Below, in pieces: positions 1 to 9,702 of a stretch of DNA of 39,547 bases; the stretch's first letter is position 1; every line of letters begins with the position of its first letter. The stretch is from contig JBHHTW010000018.1 of assembly GCA_046861385.1 (NCBI GenBank), forward strand, positions 1 to 39,547, in the 5' to 3' direction. The notes below the pieces were generated by a model that worked only from the letters and a program-made list of their open reading frames with translations, was not told the origin of the DNA and did not search any database. The DNA is from Fidelibacterota bacterium. GTDB lineage: Bacteria > Fidelibacterota > Marinisomatia > Marinisomatales > TCS55. Position numbers and translations under genes: made by a program.

Positions 1-1
1 G

Positions 2-3000
2 TATTATACAGTAATAGGAAGCAATCCGCACGGTGCAGGTATATACATCGGTGGTTCAACCACTTCTCCAACCATTTCTGATGTAATTATTAAGAATAAC
101 AGGTTAGATACAGGAGATAACTTTGGTGGAGGAATCGCTTTTAATAGTTATTATGGTTTCCCCATGTTAAAAAACACTATTCTTGAAAATAATGTTTCAG
201 ATGGCGGCGCAGCTATTGCTGCAATCGGTAATCCATTTATTGAGAATGTAATTATCCGAAATCATTCATTCGAAAATTCCTATGCATTAATTGCTCCAGG
301 GAGTTCGATTAGTTCAATCCATTTCTCTAATGTGTTAATTTATGGAAATTCAGTGTCAAATATATTTTATCCAGAGGTAGGTGTTGAGGTTGTCCTAAAT
401 AATACGACCATCGTTAATAATATTATTACTGGTAATATATTTACTATTTCTGCAAATCCACCTCCACCTTCAAGTGTTAATATTATTAACTCAATTTTAT
501 GGAATAATGGGAATAATACTATTGATTTTGTGGATGAGGGTAATTCGGTTAGCATTTCCAATTCTTTAATCCAGGGTGGACAAAATAGCATTACAAATCA
601 AACCGGCAATACTGTCAACTGGCTCAATGGCAACATCGACGCTGACCCCTTGTTTGCCGATACAGCTAATAATGACTACACGCTTCAGATGGATTCTCCC
701 TGCATTGACGCCGGTGATCCTTCAAGTGATCTTGATCCCGATGGCACAGTGTCCGATATGGGCGCCTTTTATTATCACCAGGATGGTCCCGCAAGACCGA
801 GAGAATTCATTACTACTCCGAGCGCAGATTTTATTGGCCTGCAGTGGGGCGCCGTAAATCCCCAGCCGGAGAATTATGTCATTTACCGCTCAACAAATGC
901 AGATGACGATTTCTACACTCTTTCGCCGTTCCTAACACAGAATGGCAATGATACAACCTATATTGATTCGTCCGTTATAGAAGATGAAACATACTACTAT
1001 CGTATAAGTGGTATTGATGCCGAACAGGATGAAGGATTGTTGGCTTTTACAGAACATGGACGGCTGAGTAATGACAGCACGGCGCTGGATTTTGTCAATT
1101 CGGGGGATTATGTAAACATACCAAATTATCCGGTAACTTCGTTAGCCGACATATTAACTGTAGAGTTATGGGCAAAACCCCGTTACACAGATAATTACTT
1201 TCCTTACCTTAGGGTTTTGTTTGAACGAGGTGGTTTGGTTCTGATGTTGAATGGTCAGTCCGAAGGTGTCTTCGTCCCAGTTCTGGGTGTTGGTGGGGGC
1301 GCTAACTTAACAGGAACGACATCGCTGACTGACGGTGGATGGCACCATTTTGCCATTATCCTGAATGGTCCGGCTAATGTTGCCCAATTATGGACAGACG
1401 GTCATCTTGAAGCAGAAGGTACAACCGGTAATAACTATACATTTGGTGACTTACACATTGGAAGACTTGAAAATTTCTTCAATGGAATTATTGATGAAGT
1501 ACGGATATCAGATGTGGTGAAATACACCGAAAGTTTTATACCGCCCGATGAATTTATTTTAGATACGAACACTGTCGCCTTATGGCACTTCAATGAAGGG
1601 TCTATGGATGCCGCCACGCCGGCTATTTATGATATGAGTGGAAATGGTCACCATGGTGAAATTATTGGGAATCCTGTTTGGGTGGATGGTCCGCCATTTA
1701 TGACTCCGGATACTGCGAATTATCTGGTTATCAACGAAATTATGCAGAACCCATCGGAAGTGAGCGATCCCCTGGGTGAATGGATTGAAGTCCACAACCG
1801 ATGGTTTACGCCCATCCATTTAGAAGATTTTACTTTGGCAGATGACGGCGCTGATGCACACACCATTTCTTCCGATGTCATCATTCCTGCCGGTGGCTAT
1901 ACTGTGTTGGGCGTTAATGCAGATACATCTACCAATGGAAATGTAAAAGTGGATTATGTCTTTTCAGGTTTTTCACTGGGTAACAGCGACGATGAAGTGG
2001 TTATAAAACTCCCTGGTGGGACGGAACTTGACAGAGTAAATTATGACAACGGCGCAACGTTTCCTGATCCTGCCGGTGCGTCCATGGAGCTTATCGCACC
2101 CCATTTTGACAATACTATCGGCAGTAATTGGACGATGGGTGTTACACCTTATGGCGATGGAGACCTGGGATCCCCCGGCCGTCGGAATGATGCGTTTTCA
2201 GGGCAAATTGCTGTTTCTGACACAACCTTTCTTTTTGATGGAATTATTTCCGGTGAATATGCCAATGATACATTGACAATATTTAATAATGGCGTACGAC
2301 GCCTGGTCGTGGATTCCATGACTGTTTCTTTACCGGAGTATTCCCTGACACCGGGTTCAGGCTTCATCGAAATCGGTGATTCGCTGGTCATACTCATAAC
2401 CTTTACACCCAATTCATCTGGTTTTTATAGAGATACAGTTCGCATCTACAGCGATGATCCGGTGAATAATGTATTGGAATTGACTCTATCCGGATTGGGA
2501 ATCAGTGATGTAGCAGATATTGTTGTTTTTGCAGAAAATACCGACAGTTTATTTACACATTCTTTTTCTTTTACACGTGTAGGTTCACCACGGTCGTTTA
2601 CATTTAATGTGGCGAATATTGGCGCTGAAGACTTGGAAATTGACGAAATCAGCATCACCGGGGATAACAATGCCTTTTTTGTTAATATCAGTTCGCTGAA
2701 TCTTGAACTTAACGATTCCGCATCAGTCATAGTAACCTTCGATCCGCCGTCAAACGGTACTTACAGCGGGACATTGTCTTTAACCAGCAACGATCCCGAT
2801 GAAGCACTTTATAACATTTCTTTTGATGGAATTGCATCCCAGTATATCATATTTTTCGTACCGGGTGAAATTGCCACCATTCAGGCGGCACTTGATTCCG
2901 CCATGTCAGGAGATACGATCCATGTTGCGACGGGAAGCTATGGTGAAAGCCTTATTTTTCCCGAAAATGATTTAGTCCTTCGTGGAGCGGGTACCGATTC

Positions 3001-6000
3001 GACGACACTAACAGGCGGAGATTCCAGTATTGTACTCACAGTAAACGGTGGTCAAAGCAATGCAACGATTATTTCTGATCTCACTATCAAAAAAGGCAGT
3101 GGGACCAATGGTGGTGGGATGGTTATCGATAATGGCTCTAATCCCCAGTTAAAAAATATTCTTTTTTATGATAATAATGCTAATCATGGCGCCGCCGTTT
3201 ATGTGGATGCCTTTTCCGGTCCTTTTCTTGATCATATTACGTTTGTGGTTAATGCTGCCTCAAGCAGCAGCGGGGCTGGAGTAACTGTGGCTGGTGGTTC
3301 CAGTGTGTCAATTAATAACAGCATTTTCTGGGCGAATACCGGTACAGCCATCGAAGTCTTATCCGGCAGCGAAAGTACAACCTATTCCATTGTGGAAGGT
3401 GGCAATGCTGGTACCGGAAATATCGATGCAGATCCACAATTCACTGCTCCTGCCAGTGCAGACTTTCATTTAGCATGGGGTTCTCCCGCCATAGATGGGG
3501 GTGACCCTGCTTCAGATTCCGATGCCGATGGGACGTTGACGGATATGGGCGCATTATTTTATGACCAGTCATACCAGCCTCCGGGATCGCCGGTTGGGCT
3601 TGCGTATACACCGACTGTGGGTGAAATAACACTGCAATGGTCTGCCAATCCGGAAGCAGATGTAACCGATTATATCATCTACAAAGGTTTGGCAACTGAT
3701 CAATTGGATTCAATTGATATTGTTGCAGTCCCTGTAACAGAATACATAGATCAAAACGGTGATCCGTCTCAAATTTACTATTATCAGATAGCAGCGATGG
3801 ATACGTCGAACCTTATCAGCGATCGCTCTGAAATATTGGTTGTATCCTATCCGTTGATTACAGCTGAAACAAATGAGATTGATTTTGGAAGTGTATTATT
3901 TTCTGAACAGGAAGTAAAAACAATTTTTATATATAATACAGGATCGGCAACACTCGGTATTGACAGTATTTATGTTGAGGATGATGCCTACTTTTCAGTT
4001 TCTTCAGGCGGGTTGTTGTTAAGCAGGCGAAGTTCAAATAAAGTAAATTTAGATGCGGGTCGTAGAATTCAAACCATTTATCGACAAAATAATGGTATTA
4101 ATCTGAACCATGTCGAACTTAATTCAAGATTCATCTCGGAGAACCATTCCCGTACGGAAAATGACCAAAATGAAGTGATCCATCATGTGAACGTGGATGA
4201 ATCTTCAACATTTCAAGTTCCACCCGGCGATAGTCTCGAAATAACCATTACATTTGCCAGCACGGATACTGGGTCGTTTACAACTAATTTGATCGTAACC
4301 AGCGATGATCCAATAGGAAATGATATGCTGACCTTTGGCCTGACGGGCAATTCAGTCGCACCCGCAATTGCTTTAACAAGTACAATGTCTGTTGTGACTT
4401 ATGTGAATAATGACATTCCGTTTACGATTACTGTACAAAATCCAGGTGGCTGGCCTTTGGATTATAGCGTAACGGCTGAAGCAGACTGGTTTGGTTACAC
4501 ATGGATGGATGTTTCCCAGCCTTCCGGGCAGATACCCGTTTATTCATCGGGAAACCTCATCGTGGATATAACGAATACATCCAGTCTGGACCCTGGAGCC
4601 TTTCAAGGATATATCTATTTCAATACAAATTCAGGAATGGATCCTTATCAACTGGTGAGAACGGATACCGTCAGTATCTATATGGCGCTTTTGGCGGACG
4701 GTTCACAAATCTCAATGGGAAATACATCCGTTCCGTCCGGGAATGCCAGTCCAATTACGGTATTGGATGATGTATCACAACCCATAGGACTTGTATTGGA
4801 TTTCATTAATTCAGAAGGTGGAAATGTAACCGTTACCAGGATCGACGCCCATCCGCCTTCAGATGCCACAACTCCATTTATCGACCCGTCAACTACGATT
4901 ACAGATCCTATTTATGCAAATAGGTATTATGAAATATCCCATGATTTTTCTTCTTCCTTCACTATGGATATCGGTTTCGATTACAATACACTGCCTGGTA
5001 TATTGGATCCGTCTAAACTTCGTTTAGCAAAACGAACATTGAATGCCGGTGTGGGCGAAACATGGACTATTATTCCCTCGTCACAGACGTTAATAGATGA
5101 AACAAACAAGCGGGTCATTGCTCAAAACCAGACTTCTTTCAGCCAGTGGGCAATGCTGTCCAATGTGGGTGAAAATACATTTACTGACGCCCAGGCGCCG
5201 GTGTTGCAATCGATTACCTTGAACCCTATCGAACCGGGCATTTTAGAAGCGGTGACCATCACAGCAGAAATTGATGATGAAACGGGTGTTGAATCAGCAT
5301 CTCTGTTTTACGCCACAGGAGGGGAGGCTCAATTTGACAGTCTGTCCATGACGGATAACAGCGGATCATTTGCAGCAGAAATTCCCGGAAGCGATGTAAC
5401 AAAAAACGGTATTGTATATTTCATAACAATGGAAGATCAATTGGGATATTCAGCTATAAGCGATACAACGGGATTTGCAGTAAAATTCCCTGCCAATAAT
5501 CTGACAACAGCTTCTGCAGAAGGAAGTGCCTATCCATCTGGATTACCCTTGGAGAAATGGCGGTTGATCTCCATACCGGCCATACTTGATAATCCATCAG
5601 TTAGCGGAGTGATAGGAGATGAATTGGGTTCGCAGGATAATAATACTTGGAGAATTTTCAGTTATGATATAACCAATCAATCTTATCAGGATAATCCTAC
5701 GAATTTTACTACCGGTGAGTCTTACTGGATATATCAAAAGGTTAGTGATAACCTTCCCGTAAGTACACCGGCCGGACAAACAGGTAATATGGAAGGAACT
5801 GATTTGACGCTGGAACCCGGTTGGAGCCTCATTGGATCTCCCTATCCGTTTCTGGTACAACTGGCCTTAGACCAGGGTATTTTTTATGGTCCCATCACCT
5901 ACGGATTAAATGGCGAATCCTGGTCGAACGTTGTGACTGAACTTTCTCCCTGGAATGGCTATCCGGTCTACAATCGAACCGCTAACAATCAGATGGTTAC

Positions 6001-6799
6001 TATCGATCCGTTACCTTCATCCGGAACTTTGGTTGCAAAATCAGCAGAAAAGGAGGGTTGGTCAGTTCAACTGATGGTCGAGTCAGGAGAATACAAAGAT
6101 GAATTCAATTACTTCGGAGTACTGGCAGATGCGAAAGATGGTGTCGATTATTTTGATAATCCGGAAATTCTGCCACCGGGGAATTTTGTTAATTTATCTT
6201 TTAATATTGAATCTATTGAACAATTCACATCCGATTTCCGACAGCCGGGACATGATGGTGTAACTACTTGGGATATTGAGATTAACAACATGGGCTTAAG
6301 CCATAATGCTATTTTTACCTGGGAAATGGATTTACCAATTCCACAAGGTATGATTTCCAGAGTGATTGATTTACAAACACGAACTGTAATGAAGATGGAA
6401 AACAGCGGTTCCCATAAACTAGGCCGGCTGAATGAACAGTATGCCAGGAAACTGAAAGCAGTGGCCGGGAGTCCTGACGAAGTAAATGAAAAAGTAAATG
6501 AAATTCTTGCTTCAATCCCAGAATCATTTGCATTGCACCCGAATTATCCGAATCCATTCAATCCGGTAACAAATATTTTATTTGGCTTACCGGAACCTAG
6601 AAACATCCGCTTAATTGTCGTCAATATTCTTGGACAGGAAGTCGTTGAGTTAACCGATGGCTGGCATGATTTGGGATTCCATACAGTACAATGGAATGGC
6701 TTGAACCAATTTGGACAGAATGTTTCAGCCGGAATGTATTTTGCTGTGTTATCGGATGGTAAGTCTGTTCGCGTTCAGAAAATGCTGCTGCTGAAATAA
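2..6799 (+). CDS. Giant secreted multidomain protein, 5'-truncated by the window edge (beta-helix, FN3, LamG-like, lamin-tail, ASH/choice-of-anchor D Ig-like repeats, second beta-helix, C-terminal FlgD-Ig/T9SS-type sorting domain)
   Basis: The frame is open from base 2 through the ATG at 164, so the true start is upstream of the window. Motifs: GGGI/GAAI beta-helix repeats, NIDADP..F..SP.ID.GDP..DMGA (twice), YYYRISGID (FN3), WHHFA..FNGIIDEVRIS (LamG), VINEIM..GEWIEVHN (lamin tail), NYPNPFNP..KMLLLK at the C-terminus. Domain names are by motif recognition, not search. Confidence 0.88.
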   Translation, partial: YYTVIGSNPHGAGIYIGGSTTSPTISDVIIKNNRLDTGDNFGGGIAFNSYYGFPMLKNTILENNVSDGGAAIAAIGNPFIENVIIRNHSFENSYALIAPGSSISSIHFSNVLIYGNSVSNIFYPEVGVEVVLNNTTIVNNIITGNIFTISANPPPPSSVNIINSILWNNGNNTIDFVDEGNSVSISNSLIQGGQNSITNQTGNTVNWLNGNIDADPLFADTANNDYTLQMDSPCIDAGDPSSDLDPDGTVSDMGAFYYHQDGPARPREFITTPSADFIGLQWGAVNPQPENYVIYRSTNADDDFYTLSPFLTQNGNDTTYIDSSVIEDETYYYRISGIDAEQDEGLLAFTEHGRLSNDSTALDFVNSGDYVNIPNYPVTSLADILTVELWAKPRYTDNYFPYLRVLFERGGLVLMLNGQSEGVFVPVLGVGGGANLTGTTSLTDGGWHHFAIILNGPANVAQLWTDGHLEAEGTTGNNYTFGDLHIGRLENFFNGIIDEVRISDVVKYTESFIPPDEFILDTNTVALWHFNEGSMDAATPAIYDMSGNGHHGEIIGNPVWVDGPPFMTPDTANYLVINEIMQNPSEVSDPLGEWIEVHNRWFTPIHLEDFTLADDGADAHTISSDVIIPAGGYTVLGVNADTSTNGNVKVDYVFSGFSLGNSDDEVVIKLPGGTELDRVNYDNGATFPDPAGASMELIAPHFDNTIGSNWTMGVTPYGDGDLGSPGRRNDAFSGQIAVSDTTFLFDGIISGEYANDTLTIFNNGVRRLVVDSMTVSLPEYSLTPGSGFIEIGDSLVILITFTPNSSGFYRDTVRIYSDDPVNNVLELTLSGLGISDVADIVVFAENTDSLFTHSFSFTRVGSPRSFTFNVANIGAEDLEIDEISITGDNNAFFVNISSLNLELNDSASVIVTFDPPSNGTYSGTLSLTSNDPDEALYNISFDGIASQYIIFFVPGEIATIQAALDSAMSGDTIHVATGSYGESLIFPENDLVLRGAGTDSTTLTGGDSSIVLTVNGGQSNATIISDLTIKKGSGTNGGGMVIDNGSNPQLKNILFYDNNANHGAAVYVDAFSGPFLDHITFVVNAASSSSGAGVTVAGGSSVSINNSIFWANTGTAIEVLSGSESTTYSIVEGGNAGTGNIDADPQFTAPASADFHLAWGSPAIDGGDPASDSDADGTLTDMGALFYDQSYQPPGSPVGLAYTPTVGEITLQWSANPEADVTDYIIYKGLATDQLDSIDIVAVPVTEYIDQNGDPSQIYYYQIAAMDTSNLISDRSEILVVSYPLITAETNEIDFGSVLFSEQEVKTIFIYNTGSATLGIDSIYVEDDAYFSVSSGGLLLSRRSSNKVNLDAGRRIQTIYRQNNGINLNHVELNSRFISENHSRTENDQNEVIHHVNVDESSTFQVPPGDSLEITITFASTDTGSFTTNLIVTSDDPIGNDMLTFGLTGNSVAPAIALTSTMSVVTYVNNDIPFTITVQNPGGWPLDYSVTAEADWFGYTWMDVSQPSGQIPVYSSGNLIVDITNTSSLDPGAFQGYIYFNTNSGMDPYQLVRTDTVSIYMALLADGSQISMGNTSVPSGNASPITVLDDVSQPIGLVLDFINSEGGNVTVTRIDAHPPSDATTPFIDPSTTITDPIYANRYYEISHDFSSSFTMDIGFDYNTLPGILDPSKLRLAKRTLNAGVGETWTIIPSSQTLIDETNKRVIAQNQTSFSQWAMLSNVGENTFTDAQAPVLQSITLNPIEPGILEAVTITAEIDDETGVESASLFYATGGEAQFDSLSMTDNSGSFAAEIPGSDVTKNGIVYFITMEDQLGYSAISDTTGFAVKFPANNLTTASAEGSAYPSGLPLEKWRLISIPAILDNPSVSGVIGDELGSQDNNTWRIFSYDITNQSYQDNPTNFTTGESYWIYQKVSDNLPVSTPAGQTGNMEGTDLTLEPGWSLIGSPYPFLVQLALDQGIFYGPITYGLNGESWSNVVTELSPWNGYPVYNRTANNQMVTIDPLPSSGTLVAKSAEKEGWSVQLMVESGEYKDEFNYFGVLADAKDGVDYFDNPEILPPGNFVNLSFNIESIEQFTSDFRQPGHDGVTTWDIEINNMGLSHNAIFTWEMDLPIPQGMISRVIDLQTRTVMKMENSGSHKLGRLNEQYARKLKAVAGSPDEVNEKVNEILASIPESFALHPNYPNPFNPVTNILFGLPEPRNIRLIVVNILGQEVVELTDGWHDLGFHTVQWNGLNQFGQNVSAGMYFAVLSDGKSVRVQKMLLLK

Positions 6800-6875
6800 A
6801 TTATAAACCTTTCAAAGGTTTAACATGTCGTGTCGAAACCATTTGGTGAAGGCAGGACCCTTTGAAAGGTTACAA
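6542..6875 (+). repeat. 334-bp direct repeat, copy 1 (sorting-domain coding region + stop + downstream palindrome)
   Basis: Matches 8621..8954 at offset 2079; I count 5 substitutions by eye. Confidence 0.95.
6806..6871. repeat. REP-like palindromic element, copy 1
   Basis: Arms aacctttcaaaggtt ... accctttgaaaggtt (one mismatch to a perfect inverted repeat) just after the stop codon; no U-tract follows. Confidence 0.7.
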
Positions 6876-6949
6876 AACACAGCAATGGGCTGACTGGAAA
6901 GTTTTAATGAAAGAGAATGCTATGAATATAAAAAAGCGGGGAGTTTGAA

Positions 6950-8878
6950 ATGAATAAGTTGAATTATCTAATACTTACAGTTGTTTTTCTTATAAATAAT
7001 GTGTCTGGAAATATAATAAATGTTCCAGCCGATGCCGCAACGATACAAGCAGGAATTGATTCTGCGATTACCGGTGATACTGTCCTTGTTCACTCCGGGA
7101 CATACACTGAAAATATTAGTATTGTCGACCGGGATATTGTTGCCGGATCGCTTTATCTCACAACCGGAGATACTTCATACATTAGTCAAACAATTATTGA
7201 TGGAGATAGCAGTGGAAGTGTTGTTTATTTTCTTAAATCAGAGTCTATTTTAACTGGATTCACGGTTCGAAATGGCCTTGCGAATTATGGCGGAGGAGGT
7301 GTCAAAATAGATTCCAGCAGTAATTTTACTGTATCCAATTGTATCATTGAAAATAACTATGCAGTTGAAGAAGGTGGTGGTATTTGGTTTAGCGGGGAAA
7401 ATAATTCTATTAGAATTACTGATTCAAAAATAAGAAATAACAAAACTTCAAATCGTGGCGGCGGAATATTTTTGGATAAAGAAACGACCGCAGACATAAA
7501 AAATTCAATTATTATGAACAATTCGAGCATTGATAGTGGTGGAGCAGGCGGATTATGTATTTGGGATTCTGATAGTGCAACAATTACAAATGTCATATTT
7601 GATGGAAATTCAGCAGAAACTCTTGGGGGATGTATTTTCGCAAGTAATGCAGAGATTGATATCAAGAATACAATTGTCAGGAATAATTCGTCTGCAAGAC
7701 ATGGAGGAGGATTTGTTATTTTTCATTCAAACATTATAATAGATAGTTGTGTGTTTGAAGGAAACAGTGCAGAAAACGGCGATGGCGGTGCAATTAATTA
7801 TTATAATTGGAACACCGCTGCTGTCAATCCATTTGATCTAAATATCAAAAATACCCAGTTCATTGATAATTCTGCTGAATTTGGCAGTGGCGGTGGAGTC
7901 TTACTAAAAGATTATGAATCATCAGGACTAAATGTATCTATTAACAATTGTGATTTTATTGATAATACATCTCGCGGATATTGCGGTTTGTCGATTGCTG
8001 GAGGGATGGTTTCATTTGAAGTTACTCAATGTCAATTTATAAATAATGAATCCAGTTTATATGCTGCAGGAGGAGGGTTCTCAAGGTACACTTCTGGTGT
8101 TGTTTCATCCTGTTTATTTGCTTTAAATAAAGCAGCATTAGGTGATGATGTATGGTACAACTCCGGTGGAATCAGCGTGTGGAGTTATGCTGATGTTGAT
8201 TTTGTTAACTGCACTTTTGCCGATAATGTTGCTGACTATGGGGCAGGAATAACTGTCGGCGGTGGCGGTATCGCATCTGCAAAGAATTGTGTTTTTTGGG
8301 GAAATAACGCCGAACAACTTGCCTTAGCCACTTGGGACAGTGCCGGCGGAACTCTTTCAGTTGATTATTGTGATGTTGAAGGCGGAATGGATTCTGTGAA
8401 TGTAATAGATTCATTTTCAAGTTTAACTTGGGGGACAAACAATCTTGATGCTGAACCGTTATTTTGTAATCCGGATTCTCTTGACTATTCTTTGGCAAAC
8501 AATTCACCTTGTATCGGTACGGGAGAAAATGGCGTAAATATGGGTGCATTTGATGTCGGGTGTGAGGCAAAACTATCATTGGATAATGAATTGTATCCAA
8601 CTTCATTTGCTCTCCACCAAAATTATCCGAATCCATTCAATCCGGTAACAAATATTTTATTTGGCTTACCGGAGCCAAGAAATATCCGCTTAACTGTCGT
8701 CAATATTCTTGGACAGGAAGTCGTTGAGTTAACCGATGGCTGGCATGATTTGGGATTCCATACAGTACAATGGAATGGCTTGAACCAATTTGGACAGAAT
8801 GTTTCAGCCGGAATGTATTTTGCTGTGTTATCGGATGGTAAGTCTGTTCGCGTTCAGAAAATGCTGCTGCTGAAATAA
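6950..8878 (+). CDS. Secreted right-handed parallel beta-helix protein with C-terminal FlgD-Ig/T9SS-type sorting domain
   Basis: RBS GGGAG upstream, N-terminal signal peptide, 'VPADAATIQAGIDSAITGDTVLV..GTYTENI' beta-helix cap, many N.A..GGGI repeats, C-terminal NYPNPFNP..KMLLLK. Confidence 0.9.
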   Translation: MNKLNYLILTVVFLINNVSGNIINVPADAATIQAGIDSAITGDTVLVHSGTYTENISIVDRDIVAGSLYLTTGDTSYISQTIIDGDSSGSVVYFLKSESILTGFTVRNGLANYGGGGVKIDSSSNFTVSNCIIENNYAVEEGGGIWFSGENNSIRITDSKIRNNKTSNRGGGIFLDKETTADIKNSIIMNNSSIDSGGAGGLCIWDSDSATITNVIFDGNSAETLGGCIFASNAEIDIKNTIVRNNSSARHGGGFVIFHSNIIIDSCVFEGNSAENGDGGAINYYNWNTAAVNPFDLNIKNTQFIDNSAEFGSGGGVLLKDYESSGLNVSINNCDFIDNTSRGYCGLSIAGGMVSFEVTQCQFINNESSLYAAGGGFSRYTSGVVSSCLFALNKAALGDDVWYNSGGISVWSYADVDFVNCTFADNVADYGAGITVGGGGIASAKNCVFWGNNAEQLALATWDSAGGTLSVDYCDVEGGMDSVNVIDSFSSLTWGTNNLDAEPLFCNPDSLDYSLANNSPCIGTGENGVNMGAFDVGCEAKLSLDNELYPTSFALHQNYPNPFNPVTNILFGLPEPRNIRLTVVNILGQEVVELTDGWHDLGFHTVQWNGLNQFGQNVSAGMYFAVLSDGKSVRVQKMLLLK

Positions 8879-8954
8879 ATTATAAACCTTTCAAAGGTTT
8901 AACATGTCGTGTCGAAACCATTTGGTGAAGGCAGGAACCTTTGAAAGGTTACAA
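8621..8954 (+). repeat. 334-bp direct repeat, copy 2
   Basis: Near-identical to 6542..6875; diverges abruptly after ...gaaaggttacaa. Confidence 0.95.
8885..8950. repeat. REP-like palindromic element, copy 2
   Basis: Perfect 15-bp inverted repeat aacctttcaaaggtt / aacctttgaaaggtt flanking a 36-nt spacer; lies between convergent genes. Confidence 0.75.
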
Positions 8955-8979
8955 GCTCCGACGGTTAATGGATACAAAG

Positions 8980-9681
8980 TTAGTGGAAAATCCTGATTTC
9001 TTCTCTCATTTCAATTATCTCAAAAGTATTCGGTATTTTTTCAGGAATGTAATAGGGTACAAAACGCAACGTATCTCCAAGTATCCAAACTTTTTTCCCA
9101 TGTTTAATAGCCATTTCCACAAGACTCTTTGTTCCAGATTTATTGATGAAGAATTTTTCGCTGATTAAGTCGGAACCAGTAATAATATGCGTTGAATTGT
9201 TCAGCTGTGAATGATAACCGGTATCTGGTACAACGTCGGCTGAAAAACCACATTTAAGGAGGTTATTTACCAGTGCTTTACCTTCAAATTCCGGTGCTGA
9301 TTCTAAACAATAAACAATTGAAATTTTTTCTTTATAATTGATGATTAATTCCCGAACATAACTGGAATGTGAGATGGTCATTATTCGACATTCATTAGGT
9401 AATGGGTTGCCGGCATTTTCAATCACTTGATTAAAAGAACTCTTTAGGTATTTGCTGAGGTTATCTAAAATGGTATGAATTTCCTCGATAGTATCTTTTG
9501 CTTTTATCTGTGTCCACAGGTTTACAAACAAACCCATCATAGGAAATTGCTTTTTTAGTTTTTCAACACCATATCTAACGGTCCCCGGATCGTTCTCGGA
9601 CAAAAAAAGTTTCAAGGAATCTTTAAAAATAGAAGTGGCACCACGGGTATTATCATGCAGCAAATTTTCAAGCGTTATCAT
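8980..9681 (-). CDS. eIF-2B alpha/beta/delta family (IF-2B domain) protein
   Basis: Motifs DNTRGA, MTISHSS, ESAPEFEG (cf. ESRPxxEG), ITGSD, INKSGT (cf. NKIGT). Confidence 0.8.
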   Translation of the reverse strand: MITLENLLHDNTRGATSIFKDSLKLFLSENDPGTVRYGVEKLKKQFPMMGLFVNLWTQIKAKDTIEEIHTILDNLSKYLKSSFNQVIENAGNPLPNECRIMTISHSSYVRELIINYKEKISIVYCLESAPEFEGKALVNNLLKCGFSADVVPDTGYHSQLNNSTHIITGSDLISEKFFINKSGTKSLVEMAIKHGKKVWILGDTLRFVPYYIPEKIPNTFEIIEMREEIRIFH

Positions 9682-9702
9682 GGTTGAAAATACTTTATCG
9701 GT

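Noticed and set aside
6818..6875. Integron attC site (GTTTAAC ... GTTACAA, about 58 bp) after each secreted gene
   Set aside because: The putative R boxes are not fully complementary, no L''/L' pairing is present, and the nearby tyrosine recombinase lacks the IntI-specific insertion.
6806..8950. CRISPR repeats
   Set aside because: Only two units, 2 kb apart, with near-identical interiors; no spacers or cas genes.
6542..8954. Repeat pair as the TR/VR of a diversity-generating retroelement
   Set aside because: Differences (A/G, T/A, C/T, T/C, C/A) are not confined to adenines of one copy, both copies are coding, and no reverse transcriptase is in the window.
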